DNA of 64,000 nt, from positions 1 to 64,000 of the forward strand of contig JAHDYR010000031.1 in NCBI GenBank assembly GCA_019828565.1, read 5' to 3'. The stretch's first letter is position 1; each line of letters opens with the position of its first letter. The stretch comes from Carpediemonas membranifera BICM. Its lineage: Eukaryota; Protista; Fornicata. Shown one piece after another: positions 44,425 through 55,180 of this stretch. Made by a program: the position numbers and the translations under genes. The notes below the pieces were generated by a model that did no database searches, had not been told where the DNA came from, and worked only from the letters and a program-made list of their open reading frames with translations.

Positions 44425-44520
44425 AGTGTTACGTAACCGGTCCCACCGGTCCAACACTGTCAGCGGCTCGACCGGGCTTAGAGCCCAGGAGCGGAGCAGC
44501 GAGTAACGTTAACGCGAAAC
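44425..44520 (+). ncRNA. Candidate Fanzor omegaRNA (scaffold ~44425-44500, putative guide from 44501)
   Basis: Downstream of the ORF. Stems GTGTT/AACAC, ACCGG/CCGGT and GGGC-TTAGA-GCCC. Homology with 63355-63447 ends sharply after AGGAGCGGAGCAGC. Confidence 0.6.
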
Positions 44521-44550
44521 GGGAGTATTCTTATCCTGCGCGGCACAATA

Positions 44551-45159
44551 ATGGTTTTTGAAGGCCTCACCTCCTATGACGACTTTGTGTCCACAATCAA
44601 CGAATCTATACATATTTCCCTTGTTCTACTATTTTCTTGCCTCATTTTCGCAACTATATCCATTCTATTGCTCCAACGTCAAAGAATTGACCGTGTGGTG
44701 GCTTTGAAGCGCATCCCGCGTTCTAGAATATCGCTGCCATCGCGTTTCTTCGGTCATATGCAGCGCTTCATTCACACAGAGACCCTGCGTGAGGCGGACA
44801 TCATCAACTCCGACCCTCCAATCAGGATACCTGCCGCCGACGGCTGGGGGAAGCCCGGGTCTGAGTACAGCCGCGTGCACTTCAAGACCTCGGTGGCCAA
44901 GTCGTATCTCATCCTCGAGCAGGCTGCGGTGCACGCGGACCTGCGGCTGTCCCGGCCCCCAGGCCACAGTGTCCGCCGGTACGTCCAGTTCCTCGCCACA
45001 AACTGCGGTGTGCGCGATGAGTGCTGCGAGGAGTACCTGTCGATGTACGAGCTCGCCCGGTTCACCGAGCACGAGGTGTCGTTCGCCCAGTACCAGCGTT
45101 TCATGGCCAACCTCATGGAGCTCGTCCGCCAGCTCGAGCAGGACAACGATGCCGGGTGA
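44551..45159 (+). CDS. NICE-3/C1orf43 (Dlt1)-like membrane-anchored protein
   Basis: N-terminal TM helix, GWGKPG and YELARF motifs. Confidence 0.65.
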   Translation: MVFEGLTSYDDFVSTINESIHISLVLLFSCLIFATISILLLQRQRIDRVVALKRIPRSRISLPSRFFGHMQRFIHTETLREADIINSDPPIRIPAADGWGKPGSEYSRVHFKTSVAKSYLILEQAAVHADLRLSRPPGHSVRRYVQFLATNCGVRDECCEEYLSMYELARFTEHEVSFAQYQRFMANLMELVRQLEQDNDAG

Positions 45160-45231
45160 GACGCACTCTAGCAGCAGTAAATTACCAGATACGGGTGGAG
45201 TCGAGTCACAGTCGACGGAGCCTTTGGGCGG

Positions 45232-46746
45232 ATGATGAACGCAACGCCCGGATGGCTACTCTATCTTGCAGCGCACCCAGAGAAGATTGCAAGAAAGCCA
45301 TATTTGGGGCTCATGCCGCATTTGGAGACCCCAATAGATTGTCCCAACGCGAGAATACCTCATCTTGACCTATCATGTGCGCCACAGCCCAGTAATGAGG
45401 TCATTGCGTCGCCAATCCACGCAGAACTCATACCTTCTATCAACCTGACTGGTGAGACGACGATCATCGACGACCCTGTCTTTCCCGTCGTGGAGACGGC
45501 GGAGGCCTTCGTCCAGACAGCAGCGCCCCCTCCTCCGCCCGCAACAGTTGACGCAGCAGTCCAGACCGTGTACAAGCCGGAGTTCAAGAAGAAACCCACG
45601 CCCCGCGCTCCTCCGAAGCCCGTGCCCGCTGAGGAGGAAGACTTGTTCACGATCCAGGCCCTCAAGCCCGCCGCCAAGACAGGGCCCGCAATTCTCCACA
45701 CGGCAGCAGCCATGGTTGGTGTAACGCGGCCCGAGGAAGCGGCGGCCGGGGCGATCGACAAGCCGTACGTCCAGCCCAACCAGCCCCGGAAGCGGAAGGC
45801 CGCCGATCGGGACGAGCCCGCCGACCCAGCGGTAGCCGAGCTGCTGTCGGACCCCAGGATGAACGCGGTCCCGGCCCACCTGGCCCAGCTGATCCTGGGG
45901 GAGATTGCCCAGAGCAGCGGGTCCGTGCGGTGGGCAGACGTCGTCGGGCTGGGGGCCGCCAAGAAGGCCGTGACCGAGGCCGTGATATGGCCGCTGCGCC
46001 GCCCCGACCTTTTCACGGGGCTAACCGGGCCGCGCGGGGTCATGCTCTTCGGGCCGCCTGGGAACGGGAAGACGATGATCGGGCGTGCACTCGCAAACGA
46101 GGCCGGGGCCACGTTCTTCAACATCAGCGCGTCTTCGCTGATGTCCAAGTGGGCTGGCGAGGGGGAGAAGCTCGTGAGGGCGCTTTTCACCATCGCCCGC
46201 ATCAAGTCCCCCAGCATAGTGTTCATAGACGAGATCGACTCCGTGCTGGCCCAGCGGGGGGACGACGACGCCAACAGCGGGTCCCGCCGCATGAAGACGG
46301 AGTTCCTGGTCCAGATCGACGGGACGAACTCGGGCACGGAGTCCGTCATCCTGCTGGCCGCCACAAACAGGCCGTCGGACATCGACGAGGCCGCCCGCCG
46401 CAGGTTCACCAAGCGACTGTATGTCCCGCTGCCCGATGCCCTAGGCCGCCGATCGATCGTGGCAAACCTGCTCCCCGACGCGGCCCTGACGGACGCCGAC
46501 AGGACAGCTATCGTGGAGCGGACAGAGCTCTTCTCCGGCAGCGACCTCAAGGCGCTGTGTCAGGAGGCGGCGATGGGGCCTATCCGGGATGCGATGATGG
46601 ACGACGCCGCCGTCTCGGCCAGCCAGGTCAGGTGCGTCGGCATGGCGGACATCGAGGCGGCGCTGGGGTCGATGCGGCCGTCCGTGGACGCCAAGCAGCT
46701 GGGGTACTTCGAGGACTGGAACGCGTCGTTCGGCAGCGGCAGGTGA
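45232..46746 (+). CDS. FIGNL1: Fidgetin-like AAA+ ATPase
   Basis: EAVIWPL, GPPGNGKT, FIDEIDS, ATNRP, DEAARRRF, C-terminal WNASFGS. Confidence 0.8.
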   Translation: MMNATPGWLLYLAAHPEKIARKPYLGLMPHLETPIDCPNARIPHLDLSCAPQPSNEVIASPIHAELIPSINLTGETTIIDDPVFPVVETAEAFVQTAAPPPPPATVDAAVQTVYKPEFKKKPTPRAPPKPVPAEEEDLFTIQALKPAAKTGPAILHTAAAMVGVTRPEEAAAGAIDKPYVQPNQPRKRKAADRDEPADPAVAELLSDPRMNAVPAHLAQLILGEIAQSSGSVRWADVVGLGAAKKAVTEAVIWPLRRPDLFTGLTGPRGVMLFGPPGNGKTMIGRALANEAGATFFNISASSLMSKWAGEGEKLVRALFTIARIKSPSIVFIDEIDSVLAQRGDDDANSGSRRMKTEFLVQIDGTNSGTESVILLAATNRPSDIDEAARRRFTKRLYVPLPDALGRRSIVANLLPDAALTDADRTAIVERTELFSGSDLKALCQEAAMGPIRDAMMDDAAVSASQVRCVGMADIEAALGSMRPSVDAKQLGYFEDWNASFGSGR

Positions 46747-46826
46747 GCGGTCCGTTTATATGTCAGCATCAGACATGTAAATAGAGCAGCCGTCGATGGC
46801 TGTGCCCAGGGCCCCGAGTTACGGTC

Positions 46827-48741
46827 TCACTCCCGCAGCATCGACCACACCTCACCGAACGACGGCCGGTCGCCGGGCTCCTGTGCCCAGCACCGCTCCA
46901 TGGCGGCCCGGTACACCGCGGGCATGCCCGGGGGGATGGGGGGCCGCGCGCCAGACAGCAGTGCCTGGGCGAACTCCGGGATGGTGGGGAAGACGCGGCC
47001 CCAGGGCTGCCCGGCCACGGTGACCTCCATCATGACCATGGCGAGGGAGTATACGTCACTCTTCTCGTCGACCCACTCGAACCGGAAGCGCTCAGGGGCC
47101 GCCCAATATACCGTCATGTCGGACGCCACCGTCGTCGTCCGGACGAGGGAGCTGACCTTGCTCCCGAAGTCCGTGATCTTGTCACGGCCGTCGATCATCA
47201 GCACGTTGTCGCCCTTCAGATCGCGGTGCACGATCCCCCGGCTCGTGATGAACTCCATGCCCGCGGCGATATCCCGAATGATCCGGGCCCGAGCTGCGCG
47301 CTGGTCAGGCCGGTCGTGCTGACCCGTGTCACCGCACAGGGCGTGTGCAGGAACTCCCCGCGGTGCACCGAGCCCCCGGCCCAGCCCCAATGACCGGGCC
47401 TAGCGTCACCAGAGCATGATCGATCTCTCTCGCCCGGAACGGCTCAGCCGCACACCCGATGCTGGGCGACGTTCCCGCGGTTCCTCGCAGGTCGACCAGG
47501 GCAGCTGTGGACGTGGGCGGGGCCAGCGGGGCCGTCGACAGGGATGGGGCACTGATCAGCGGCATTGTCTTGGAGAGGCCGTCCGCGGCGTGCGTTCGCC
47601 GTGTCTGCTTCGGGTTCCTGACGATGCGGAGGATCTCTATGTGCCCCATTCGCTTCGCGACGTCCTTAGGGGACTTGCAGTCGTTGTTCTTCATGGTAAA
47701 ATCGGCCCCGGCGAGCAGCAGGGCCAACACAACGTCGGGGTCATGCCCCCTCTCTGTAGCCGCGAGCATGGCGGTGGTCCCACCGCACCCCCGGCCATCG
47801 ACCTTGCAGCCCCGGTCGACGAGGAGGCGCACCACCGCCGTAAACCCGCCCCTTGCAGCTAGTACGAGCGGTGTGTTGCCATGGACGTCCGCCGCCTCGA
47901 TGTCAGCACCGGCCATGAGCAGCTCCTCGGCGACGTCCGTCATGCCCTGCTACGCCGCAGAGGACAGCGGCGTCGTGCGGTCGGACCGCCGGTTGGGGTC
48001 GGCACCGGCGGCGATCAGGGAGAGTGCGGCGGTCTGCTGTCGCGTGCGGCAGGCCCACGCCAGGGCCGGGACGTTGTCAGGGCCGGGCGTGTCGAGCGCC
48101 ACTCCGGGCTGGTGGAGGATGAGCCCGAGGATATCCTGGCGACCACTGGTGACGGCAAGCAGGAGCGGCGTCCTATGGTCCGCCCGGGCGGCGTTGACAT
48201 CGGCGCCACGGGTCAGCAACCCTACGACAGTGTCAGTCATGCCAGACTCGACAGCGGTGTGTAGAGGGCCCTGCGCAGCCCCCTTGCCGACCTGCACCTC
48301 AGCACCGGCCTCCATGAGCATGGCCGCGAGGGCTGCGTGGCCATGGCGGATAGCGTAGGTCAGGCACGTGTTGCAGTGGGCATCGATGGCCTCCAGGTCC
48401 ACCCTACCCGTGTCAAGGCACAGCCTGGTGCATGCAACGTCGCCCCGTATGCAGCAGACCATCGTCGGGGTGACACGCTGCCAGTCTGGGGCGCGGATGT
48501 CCGCTCCACGCTCGATCAGCATCGCGAGAACGCTGACGCTCCCGTTAGCCGCTGCATAGTGTGCGCTGGTGTTCCCGTTCTCTCCCTGGCTGTTGACATA
48601 ATCCTCGGTGGCGCCGGGACAGACCAGGACAGACCCCACCAGGGCTGCGTCGTCCGAGCGGGCCGACACCAGCAGCGGCGTCCCTCCGTCCTTCCCCCTG
48701 GCTGTTACAGCAGCTCCCGCGGCTATGAGGATGTCTGCCAT
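46827..48741 (-). pseudogene. Ankyrin-repeat plus TKL-type protein kinase gene, disrupted
   Basis: Multiple ankyrin repeats and an in-frame TAG at 47950-47952. Frameshifts and an apparent deletion near 47330-47390. Kinase motifs HRDLKGDN, DFG, WAAPE, SDVYS. Confidence 0.75.
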
Positions 48742-49003
48742 GGCGCTGTTGCGGGCCTTGGACGCGATCAGGAGGGGATGTCGCTGTCATCAGCCTGCAC
48801 CTCGTTGTCGTCCATACGATTGGGATCAACCTCTCCTGACCGTATCAGGCGTATGGCGGTGGGCTCATCGCCACTGAGTATGGATTTGATGAGTAAGCTT
48901 GTTGTATTCGTTGTTTGTGGCATATAGGTGCTTTTCATGCAGAGTGCCCGTTGATGGACGAGATGATGAGACGAGCACTACTATCCTGCCCATCAGGGCT
49001 TTA

Positions 49004-50921
49004 TTACATCCGCTTGGCCACGTTCGCCAGGGCCAACTCGTGGGCCTCGAGGTACTTCTCCCCCACGACGTCCCAGCCGACGTTGAGGCTCGCCCGCTCC
49101 GTCTTGGACCGCAGCTCGACCCTTTCGCGGCGGGACAGCTGCGTGTACTGGAAGAGGGTGTTGGCGATGCGCTGCACCGTCTGGTCTGCGGGGATGTACT
49201 CCCGGTCGACCACGTTCACACCAGTCCGGGTCGTCCGCCAGAAGTTCTCGTCCGCCGGGGTCGGCCGCTCTGCCTGCAGCCGCTCCTCAAGCCCCTCGAT
49301 GAACCGGCCGAAGCCGGAGACGTTGCTGGTGATGGAGACGACGCCCGCCTGCATGCACTCCGCGGGGGTGTAGCCGAACGGCTCGTAGTACGACGGGAAG
49401 CAGCCGACGTGGCAGCCGCGGACGAAGTCGGTGTAGTCCATCTTGAAGAGGGGCGACGCGCTCGACACGAACTCGGGGTGGAAGATGACCTTGACCCGGT
49501 CGCCGAACGAGTTGAACAGCCCCAGCTCCCGGATCTTGCACAGGATCGCGTCGTTCGAGTCGTCCACCAGCTGGTGCGTCACGACAGGCGGGAACTCGGA
49601 CCGCTGCATCTGGGCCGCAAGTCGCCGCAGTTTAACGCCTTCCTTGGGGCTGATGAAGGCGCTGGTGTCGACCTCCCGGCCGCGGGTCATGGCCTCAGCG
49701 ATCTGCTGGGACACGCTCTTTCCGATGTCCTCTGCCGTCTCCAGTATCTCCTGCTGCACCGACATCCCGCGGAGGGTGTCAACGTGGTAGTTTCTGGTCT
49801 TGGCCGGGAAGATGAGGAAGAAGAACACCGTTACGTCGCTGCCCTCCTGGATGAGGCGGCGGTTGAGCGCGGCGAGGGCCTCGAGGGTGACGTCGATGCC
49901 CTTGTTGATGAACTCGTACCGGCCGGCGCTGAACATGTACACGACCTTGTCCGGGTCGACGTCCTTGAGGGCCCCCGAGAAGTGGCCCTGGATGAACTTG
50001 GTGATGTTGGTCTTGCTCTGCTGGTGCTCGAGCTGAAGGTGGTGCAGCAGGCTGAGGTTCGTGGGCGGCAGGCCGTTGAGCGTGACCACGTCCGGCTTAC
50101 GCCCCAGGATGTGCTGGGCCTCGGTCGCCGTCACCTCGGACACGGTCGTAAACACGTCACACTCCCGGGCCGCGCTCTTCTCGACGGCGTGCTCCGTCCA
50201 GCAACCCCGGTTGCCGGCCTCTCGGTCGGCGTCGACGTACTGGATGGCGCGGTAGAAGTCCTGGTTGCCGGCACACAGGTAGCGGCCGACGACCGTGGCG
50301 TGAGTGGTGAAGCATGTGGCGTATGGCGGGCTGTACTTGGCGGGGTCGAGGCTGTGTGAGGCGCTGGGTGGGGGGTGCTTACCGCGTGTTCTCTTTGAGC
50401 AGCAGCAGGCCGACTGCGCTGAGCCACTCGTGGAAGTGAACGACGATGTCGGGGGTGTTGGTGGGGGTGAAAACCTCCCGCCGGACGTAGTCCAGGAACT
50501 CGGCGACCATGCAGCCGAACACAAAGGCATCCCACTGGAAGGCGTTGTGGTCCTTGAACTCGCCGAACCCCACGTTGAACCGCTCCCGCAGGATACGCCG
50601 GTACCGGTCAATAGTCGGGGTGAACGCCGCTGGGTACATCAGGTCGAACAGCACCACGCGGGGGTTGCCCTCCACCAGCCAGCGGCCGTAGTGGATGGCC
50701 ACACCACGCTCGCTCTGCATCTTCTCGATGGCTGGGCCGAGTTGGGAGTACGGAAGGTCCTCAAATTCGAAGGCGGCGTCCTTGGGGATGTATGGGCCAA
50801 GAAGAACCATATTGTCGCCGTAATTTTCCACGAAGAACGGTGTTTTCGACTTCAAAACGGTGTAGATACCTCCAACCTTGTGTGCTACCTCCAAGCTTAC
50901 GTCAAATAGAATGGGGCTCAT
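49004..50921 (-). CDS. GYS: Glycogen synthase (GT3); 31-nt intron 50382->50352
   Basis: EVAHKVGGIYTV, HFHEW, FTTHAT, GRYEFINKG, FPSYYEPFGYTPAEC. The GTAAGC...CACAG intron restores the frame. Confidence 0.95.
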
Positions 50922-51350
50922 TTTGTCTTGTCTCGTTGATTTGTGAGGCGAATTATCGCCGCCTCATCTCGCAATCAAGGTGTCCCAGGAAGGGAACAGC
51001 GCCCCTTAGAGCCCTTATTATGCAGACCGGAGTCCAGTCTACCCTTGGACCCGGGTGAGCCGGGTTGACTGGTCCTCACTGGTCAACAGCCGGATCACGG
51101 GATCTTGGCGCCAGGTCGACTCGTACTGAAGGGCCAGAGGCATGGTGCCTGCATGGTAAGTTCCAGGAGACCGATGACCGAAGACTGTGGACGATAGAGT
51201 GTGCCCGGGACGGGCTCGTTGGATACTCTGAAGCAAGCCCCGCAGTAGCACCAAGCATGCCTTGGTCTCCCTGCCACCCTGGCCATGCGGACCACCTGAC
51301 TTCATTTGAGTCGATCGAGAACACAACGCCTCAGAGGACTTTTGTTGGAA

Positions 51351-52442
51351 ATGAAAGCGGAGCAGCAAGCGCTCGTTTTCGTCTGCATACCAGAATCGTA
51401 CCCAGAATCATCAGTAACAGACTTTATTGGGGCGATTAAGAGCTCAGCCTCTGCGTTTCCCTTCACATACCCCTATCTGCCCGTTGGAACGATAGATAAC
51501 CTCATGAGCGTGAGTGAAATGCTTCAGACAGCGTTAGTCGCATCAGAGAATACTGTCAGCAATGTCCTTCAGGCCGTGATCGATGTGAACGACTCGATGG
51601 GCAAGAAGACTACTTCATATGTCGCAGACAAGGCAAAATACGTGCTGCTCAACTTCGACTGGGATGAGGCGAAGTTCCCGTCGCGTTACACCATGACCCA
51701 CATTGTCGAGATGATCTCGAGCCGGCTGCAGACCGTCGACGACGACTGTGCTGGGGTCATGCGGCGCTACACCGACGCCCAGCACGACCTAGAAGCCCTC
51801 ATCAAGGAGAGCACGGGGTCACTGCAGGTTCAGGCCGTCGACGAGGTTGTCGGGCCCGAACACGTTGTGTCGACTGAGTGGATGACGACGCGTGTGGTCG
51901 CCGTGCCGAGGGGGCTGGTGTCCGAGTGGAAGAAGACGTATGAGACGATGGCGGAGTACGTCGTGCCCCGGTCGGACCTGTGCCTGGCCAAGGACAAGGA
52001 GTACGAGCTCCACCGGGTCGTCCTCTTCACAAAGTCCGTCGACGACTTCACTAAGGCAGCGAGGGACGCGAAGATGATCGTCCGCAACTGGACGCCGGAT
52101 TATGTCTCTGCGAATGGCAGCATAGCAGAGCGCATTGTCGACGCCACCGAGGCTGCCGCGCTGGTGAAGCATGAGGGCCTGGAACTCGCCCCCGGTTGGC
52201 TCGAGGAGGCTGTTTCTGCGGCCGCACATCTCACGGCAGTGGCTTCTTTCGTGGAGGGCGTCCTGCGTCACGGGACCCCGCCACAGTTCAGAGGCGTCGT
52301 GGCGGTGGGGCCTCGGAAGAAACTCGCCACAGTACTCCGGGCCGCGGAGAAGATGTTTGGAGATAAGAAGAGCGGTGTGTACGACGACACGAAGGCCCTG
52401 GACGGGTTGCTGTCGTTCGCTGAGGCGCACCACGTTTTGTAG
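51351..52442 (+). CDS. VMA5: V-type ATPase subunit C
   Basis: VGTIDNLM, FDWDEAKFP, GSL, YETMAEYVVPRS, FVEGVLRHGTP. Confidence 0.92.
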   Translation: MKAEQQALVFVCIPESYPESSVTDFIGAIKSSASAFPFTYPYLPVGTIDNLMSVSEMLQTALVASENTVSNVLQAVIDVNDSMGKKTTSYVADKAKYVLLNFDWDEAKFPSRYTMTHIVEMISSRLQTVDDDCAGVMRRYTDAQHDLEALIKESTGSLQVQAVDEVVGPEHVVSTEWMTTRVVAVPRGLVSEWKKTYETMAEYVVPRSDLCLAKDKEYELHRVVLFTKSVDDFTKAARDAKMIVRNWTPDYVSANGSIAERIVDATEAAALVKHEGLELAPGWLEEAVSAAAHLTAVASFVEGVLRHGTPPQFRGVVAVGPRKKLATVLRAAEKMFGDKKSGVYDDTKALDGLLSFAEAHHVL

Positions 52443-52469
52443 ACATAAACAGGAAAGTTACACCATTTA

Positions 52470-53432
52470 TCACTCAGACAGCAACTGGGTCAGCGCCCTG
52501 TCCAGATCGCCCTGCGCGGACACCAGCGCGCTCCTCGCCCTACCCGCATCGAATCCCATGGCCACGAGCTGCCCGACCTTGCCCTCAAGCACCGCCATCG
52601 CCAGCGCCTGTTGCTGGGGCGGGGGGCGCTGTGTCTCGCCGGGCATCTGGGAGAACACGGCGGCGTGCTTGGGCCTCTTGTCCTCGGGCAGCTGCTGCTC
52701 CTCCAGGAATGGGATGGTGTACTCCTCACGGCCGCTCGAGAGGGTGAGTGACCTGGCCCCGAGGTCAACCCTAGCTCGGTGGCGCCGCAGGAAGTCCAGC
52801 CCGAGTATGATCTCGGTGTCCATGCCGTCGGTGCCCTCGGGCAGCACTGAAAACGAGGAGGGGTAGAATCCGTCGCCGATTTTGATTGGCGTGCTCATGA
52901 TCCGGCCCGGTGTCTCGGCCTGCCCCACCCCGATCAGTCTGCCCTTGAGCCGGGGGTCGATTAAATGGTCAATGCTTGCCCGCCTTGCCAGGGAATTGCT
53001 CATGATACTCTGCTGGGCACCTGTGTCGACGAAGCCAAGACACTGGACGCCGTTGACGAACACGGGGACGTACAGCATGCAGACCTGGATGAAGCTCTCG
53101 GGGTGCTCCTCCAGGGCATTAGTTAGAGCCTCGTCCAGCACCCGCTGCTGCCGGGCCTGCCTCGCCCGATCCGTCTGCCGGTGTTGTGTGGTGGATGCAA
53201 TAAGCCTGTTCGTGTTGATCATGGAGATGGAGACCTCGTCGTTTCCTGGATCAATGCTGCTGAGCACCGCATCGTCTGTAATAGCGGCCCCTTGGCGGTG
53301 GAGGAAGATGCTGGCGACGCCCTGAGCCCCTGTCTCCTCCACGATCAACGCTTTCAAGTCTCTGATCGTTAAATCGTCTGGTATGTCGAATTCGAGCGCG
53401 TCACCAATGGCAACGTTCACTGCGACGCGCAT
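52470..53432 (-). CDS. DDI1: DNA-damage-inducible protein 1 (UBL-aspartyl protease-UBA)
   Basis: PESFIQVCMLY, FVDTGAQ, ILGLDFL, UBA MGF. Confidence 0.93.
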   Translation of the reverse strand: MRVAVNVAIGDALEFDIPDDLTIRDLKALIVEETGAQGVASIFLHRQGAAITDDAVLSSIDPGNDEVSISMINTNRLIASTTQHRQTDRARQARQQRVLDEALTNALEEHPESFIQVCMLYVPVFVNGVQCLGFVDTGAQQSIMSNSLARRASIDHLIDPRLKGRLIGVGQAETPGRIMSTPIKIGDGFYPSSFSVLPEGTDGMDTEIILGLDFLRRHRARVDLGARSLTLSSGREEYTIPFLEEQQLPEDKRPKHAAVFSQMPGETQRPPPQQQALAMAVLEGKVGQLVAMGFDAGRARSALVSAQGDLDRALTQLLSE

Positions 53433-53645
53433 CGTCTGTTGTTGCTTGTCACGAACTGCGATCAAGACTTGCCACAACGCATGCCCAATCTGTCGCTACA
53501 AGAATGTGGACGAGCCAAGTAACGCGCCTACTTTTCTTCCCATGCTCGTTGGTGCGATCTATGCCCTGCTGTCCAAACCTCGAGTGTCGCCGTACAAACA
53601 CGGATAACGGTACTTTATGGCGCTGCCAATCCCACTCTACTCCCC

Positions 53646-54851
53646 TCAGGAGCAGGCCAGGGTGTCCTCTATTGCCCCAACACGTGACTCGAGAACCCGC
53701 AGCATCCCGACCATGCCCTTCACCCCCTTCTCCAGGGCCGTGATGGACTGAGACAGCTGGTCGGGGAGGGTCTCCTGGGACTTCACAGCAACCCTGACGA
53801 CCCCGTCGCGGATCTCCATGGGCGGGACAGCCACACTCATGTCCTCTGCGTCCGCTACAGGTGAGGGGGGCTCTTCCTCCACCGGCCGGTACCGGAACTG
53901 CCACAGGGCCAGCTGGCCGGTCACATCGCCCGTCGCTAGCATGTCACCCGGCCCGAACTGCAACGCCGTGAGGGCGTCCGGGGTTTGGACCCGGAGATCG
54001 ACTGAAAGGTGGTTGTTGGCGAATGACACGAACCGAATGGTGTCACTGCAGGCCACGGTCATGAACACGCCGGACTCATGCCACTGGATACGTCCCACGG
54101 GTCCTGGTAGGGTCAGACTGTCCTTGAGGAGGCAGTTGCGGGTGTCGTACACCAGCACCTCGGCCCCGACTCCGGCTGCGATGAAAAGGCCGCTCGGACT
54201 CAGGTCAAAGTACTTGCAGTCGCCCTTGGCCCGGGCAAATGAGTGGAGGAGCCTGCCCGATGCGAGCTCCCATATCCGGAAGAGGCCCTCGTCCCCGACA
54301 CTGTAGACGAGCTTGCCGTCGGGCGAGAACTTCACGCAGCGCACCCAGTTTGAGTGTCCCTTGAACGACGTTACGAACGTCACAGTGGCGATAGCCTCGT
54401 CTGCATGGGACAGGCGGTACAGCTTGATGGTCTTGTCGTCGGAGCACGACAGGAAGTCTGTCCCATTCGATGCCATCTCAATGTGATTGATGCGAGCACT
54501 GTGGATCTTGAACCAGGCGCTCTTCCCAAGGATCGACGGCCGCCAGACCCGAACGGTGCAGTCCTCGCCGACGGACAGCGCGACGTCACACGCACTGGAG
54601 AACGCAACTGAGGTGATCTTCTTGCTGTGGCCGCGAAAGCGGAGATGCTTGAATGACGGAGAACCTTGCAACGTGCGCTCCCAGATCTTCAGTATTGAGC
54701 CTTCGCCGAGAACAACGTACTTCCCAGTCGAACTCCAGCAGCAATCGGTGATTGCAGAATGCTTCCCTGTTGGCTTCAATCCTATCGCTAGGCCAAATGA
54801 GGACACGCTGCTAGTAATTCTGTCATCCTTCCTCAGTTTGAAGTGATCCAT
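53646..54851 (-). CDS. POC1: WD40 centriolar protein, POC1-like
   Basis: RFRGH, TVRVWRPS, SDDKTIKL, GHSNWVRC..FSPDG; C-terminal coiled coil LESRVGAIED. Start uncertain. Confidence 0.75.
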   Translation of the reverse strand: MDHFKLRKDDRITSSVSSFGLAIGLKPTGKHSAITDCCWSSTGKYVVLGEGSILKIWERTLQGSPSFKHLRFRGHSKKITSVAFSSACDVALSVGEDCTVRVWRPSILGKSAWFKIHSARINHIEMASNGTDFLSCSDDKTIKLYRLSHADEAIATVTFVTSFKGHSNWVRCVKFSPDGKLVYSVGDEGLFRIWELASGRLLHSFARAKGDCKYFDLSPSGLFIAAGVGAEVLVYDTRNCLLKDSLTLPGPVGRIQWHESGVFMTVACSDTIRFVSFANNHLSVDLRVQTPDALTALQFGPGDMLATGDVTGQLALWQFRYRPVEEEPPSPVADAEDMSVAVPPMEIRDGVVRVAVKSQETLPDQLSQSITALEKGVKGMVGMLRVLESRVGAIEDTLACS

Positions 54852-55180
54852 GGCACCAGCAGTGGGATCGTTCTGAGAATTCCGTCTTTGCTGGCAGGAA
54901 TTGACGAGTTCAAACGACACCCCGTGTACGCGGGGGATCGGGCTGGGTACGATCTGGCAACAGCCCGACTCTGCCAGCGACGCATTTTCTCAGATACCGC
55001 CATCCAATCCATTCCCCATGGGGACGTCAATCTCACACGGGAGACAGGGCCCACTAGTCATGCAGCTAGGCCGCCTGGTCCTGTGATTTCAGCAACATGG
55101 CATGGCATTTGACCGTGTTGATGCTGACAAGATCGTGTGAAAATCACCCTTGTCTCATCTCCACTTGTGTTCTTCGACAA

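Noticed and set aside
47950-47952. In-frame TAG suggesting stop-codon reassignment
   Set aside because: TAG and TAA terminate normal genes here (GPI, V-ATPase C, glycogen synthase), and this gene has other lesions.
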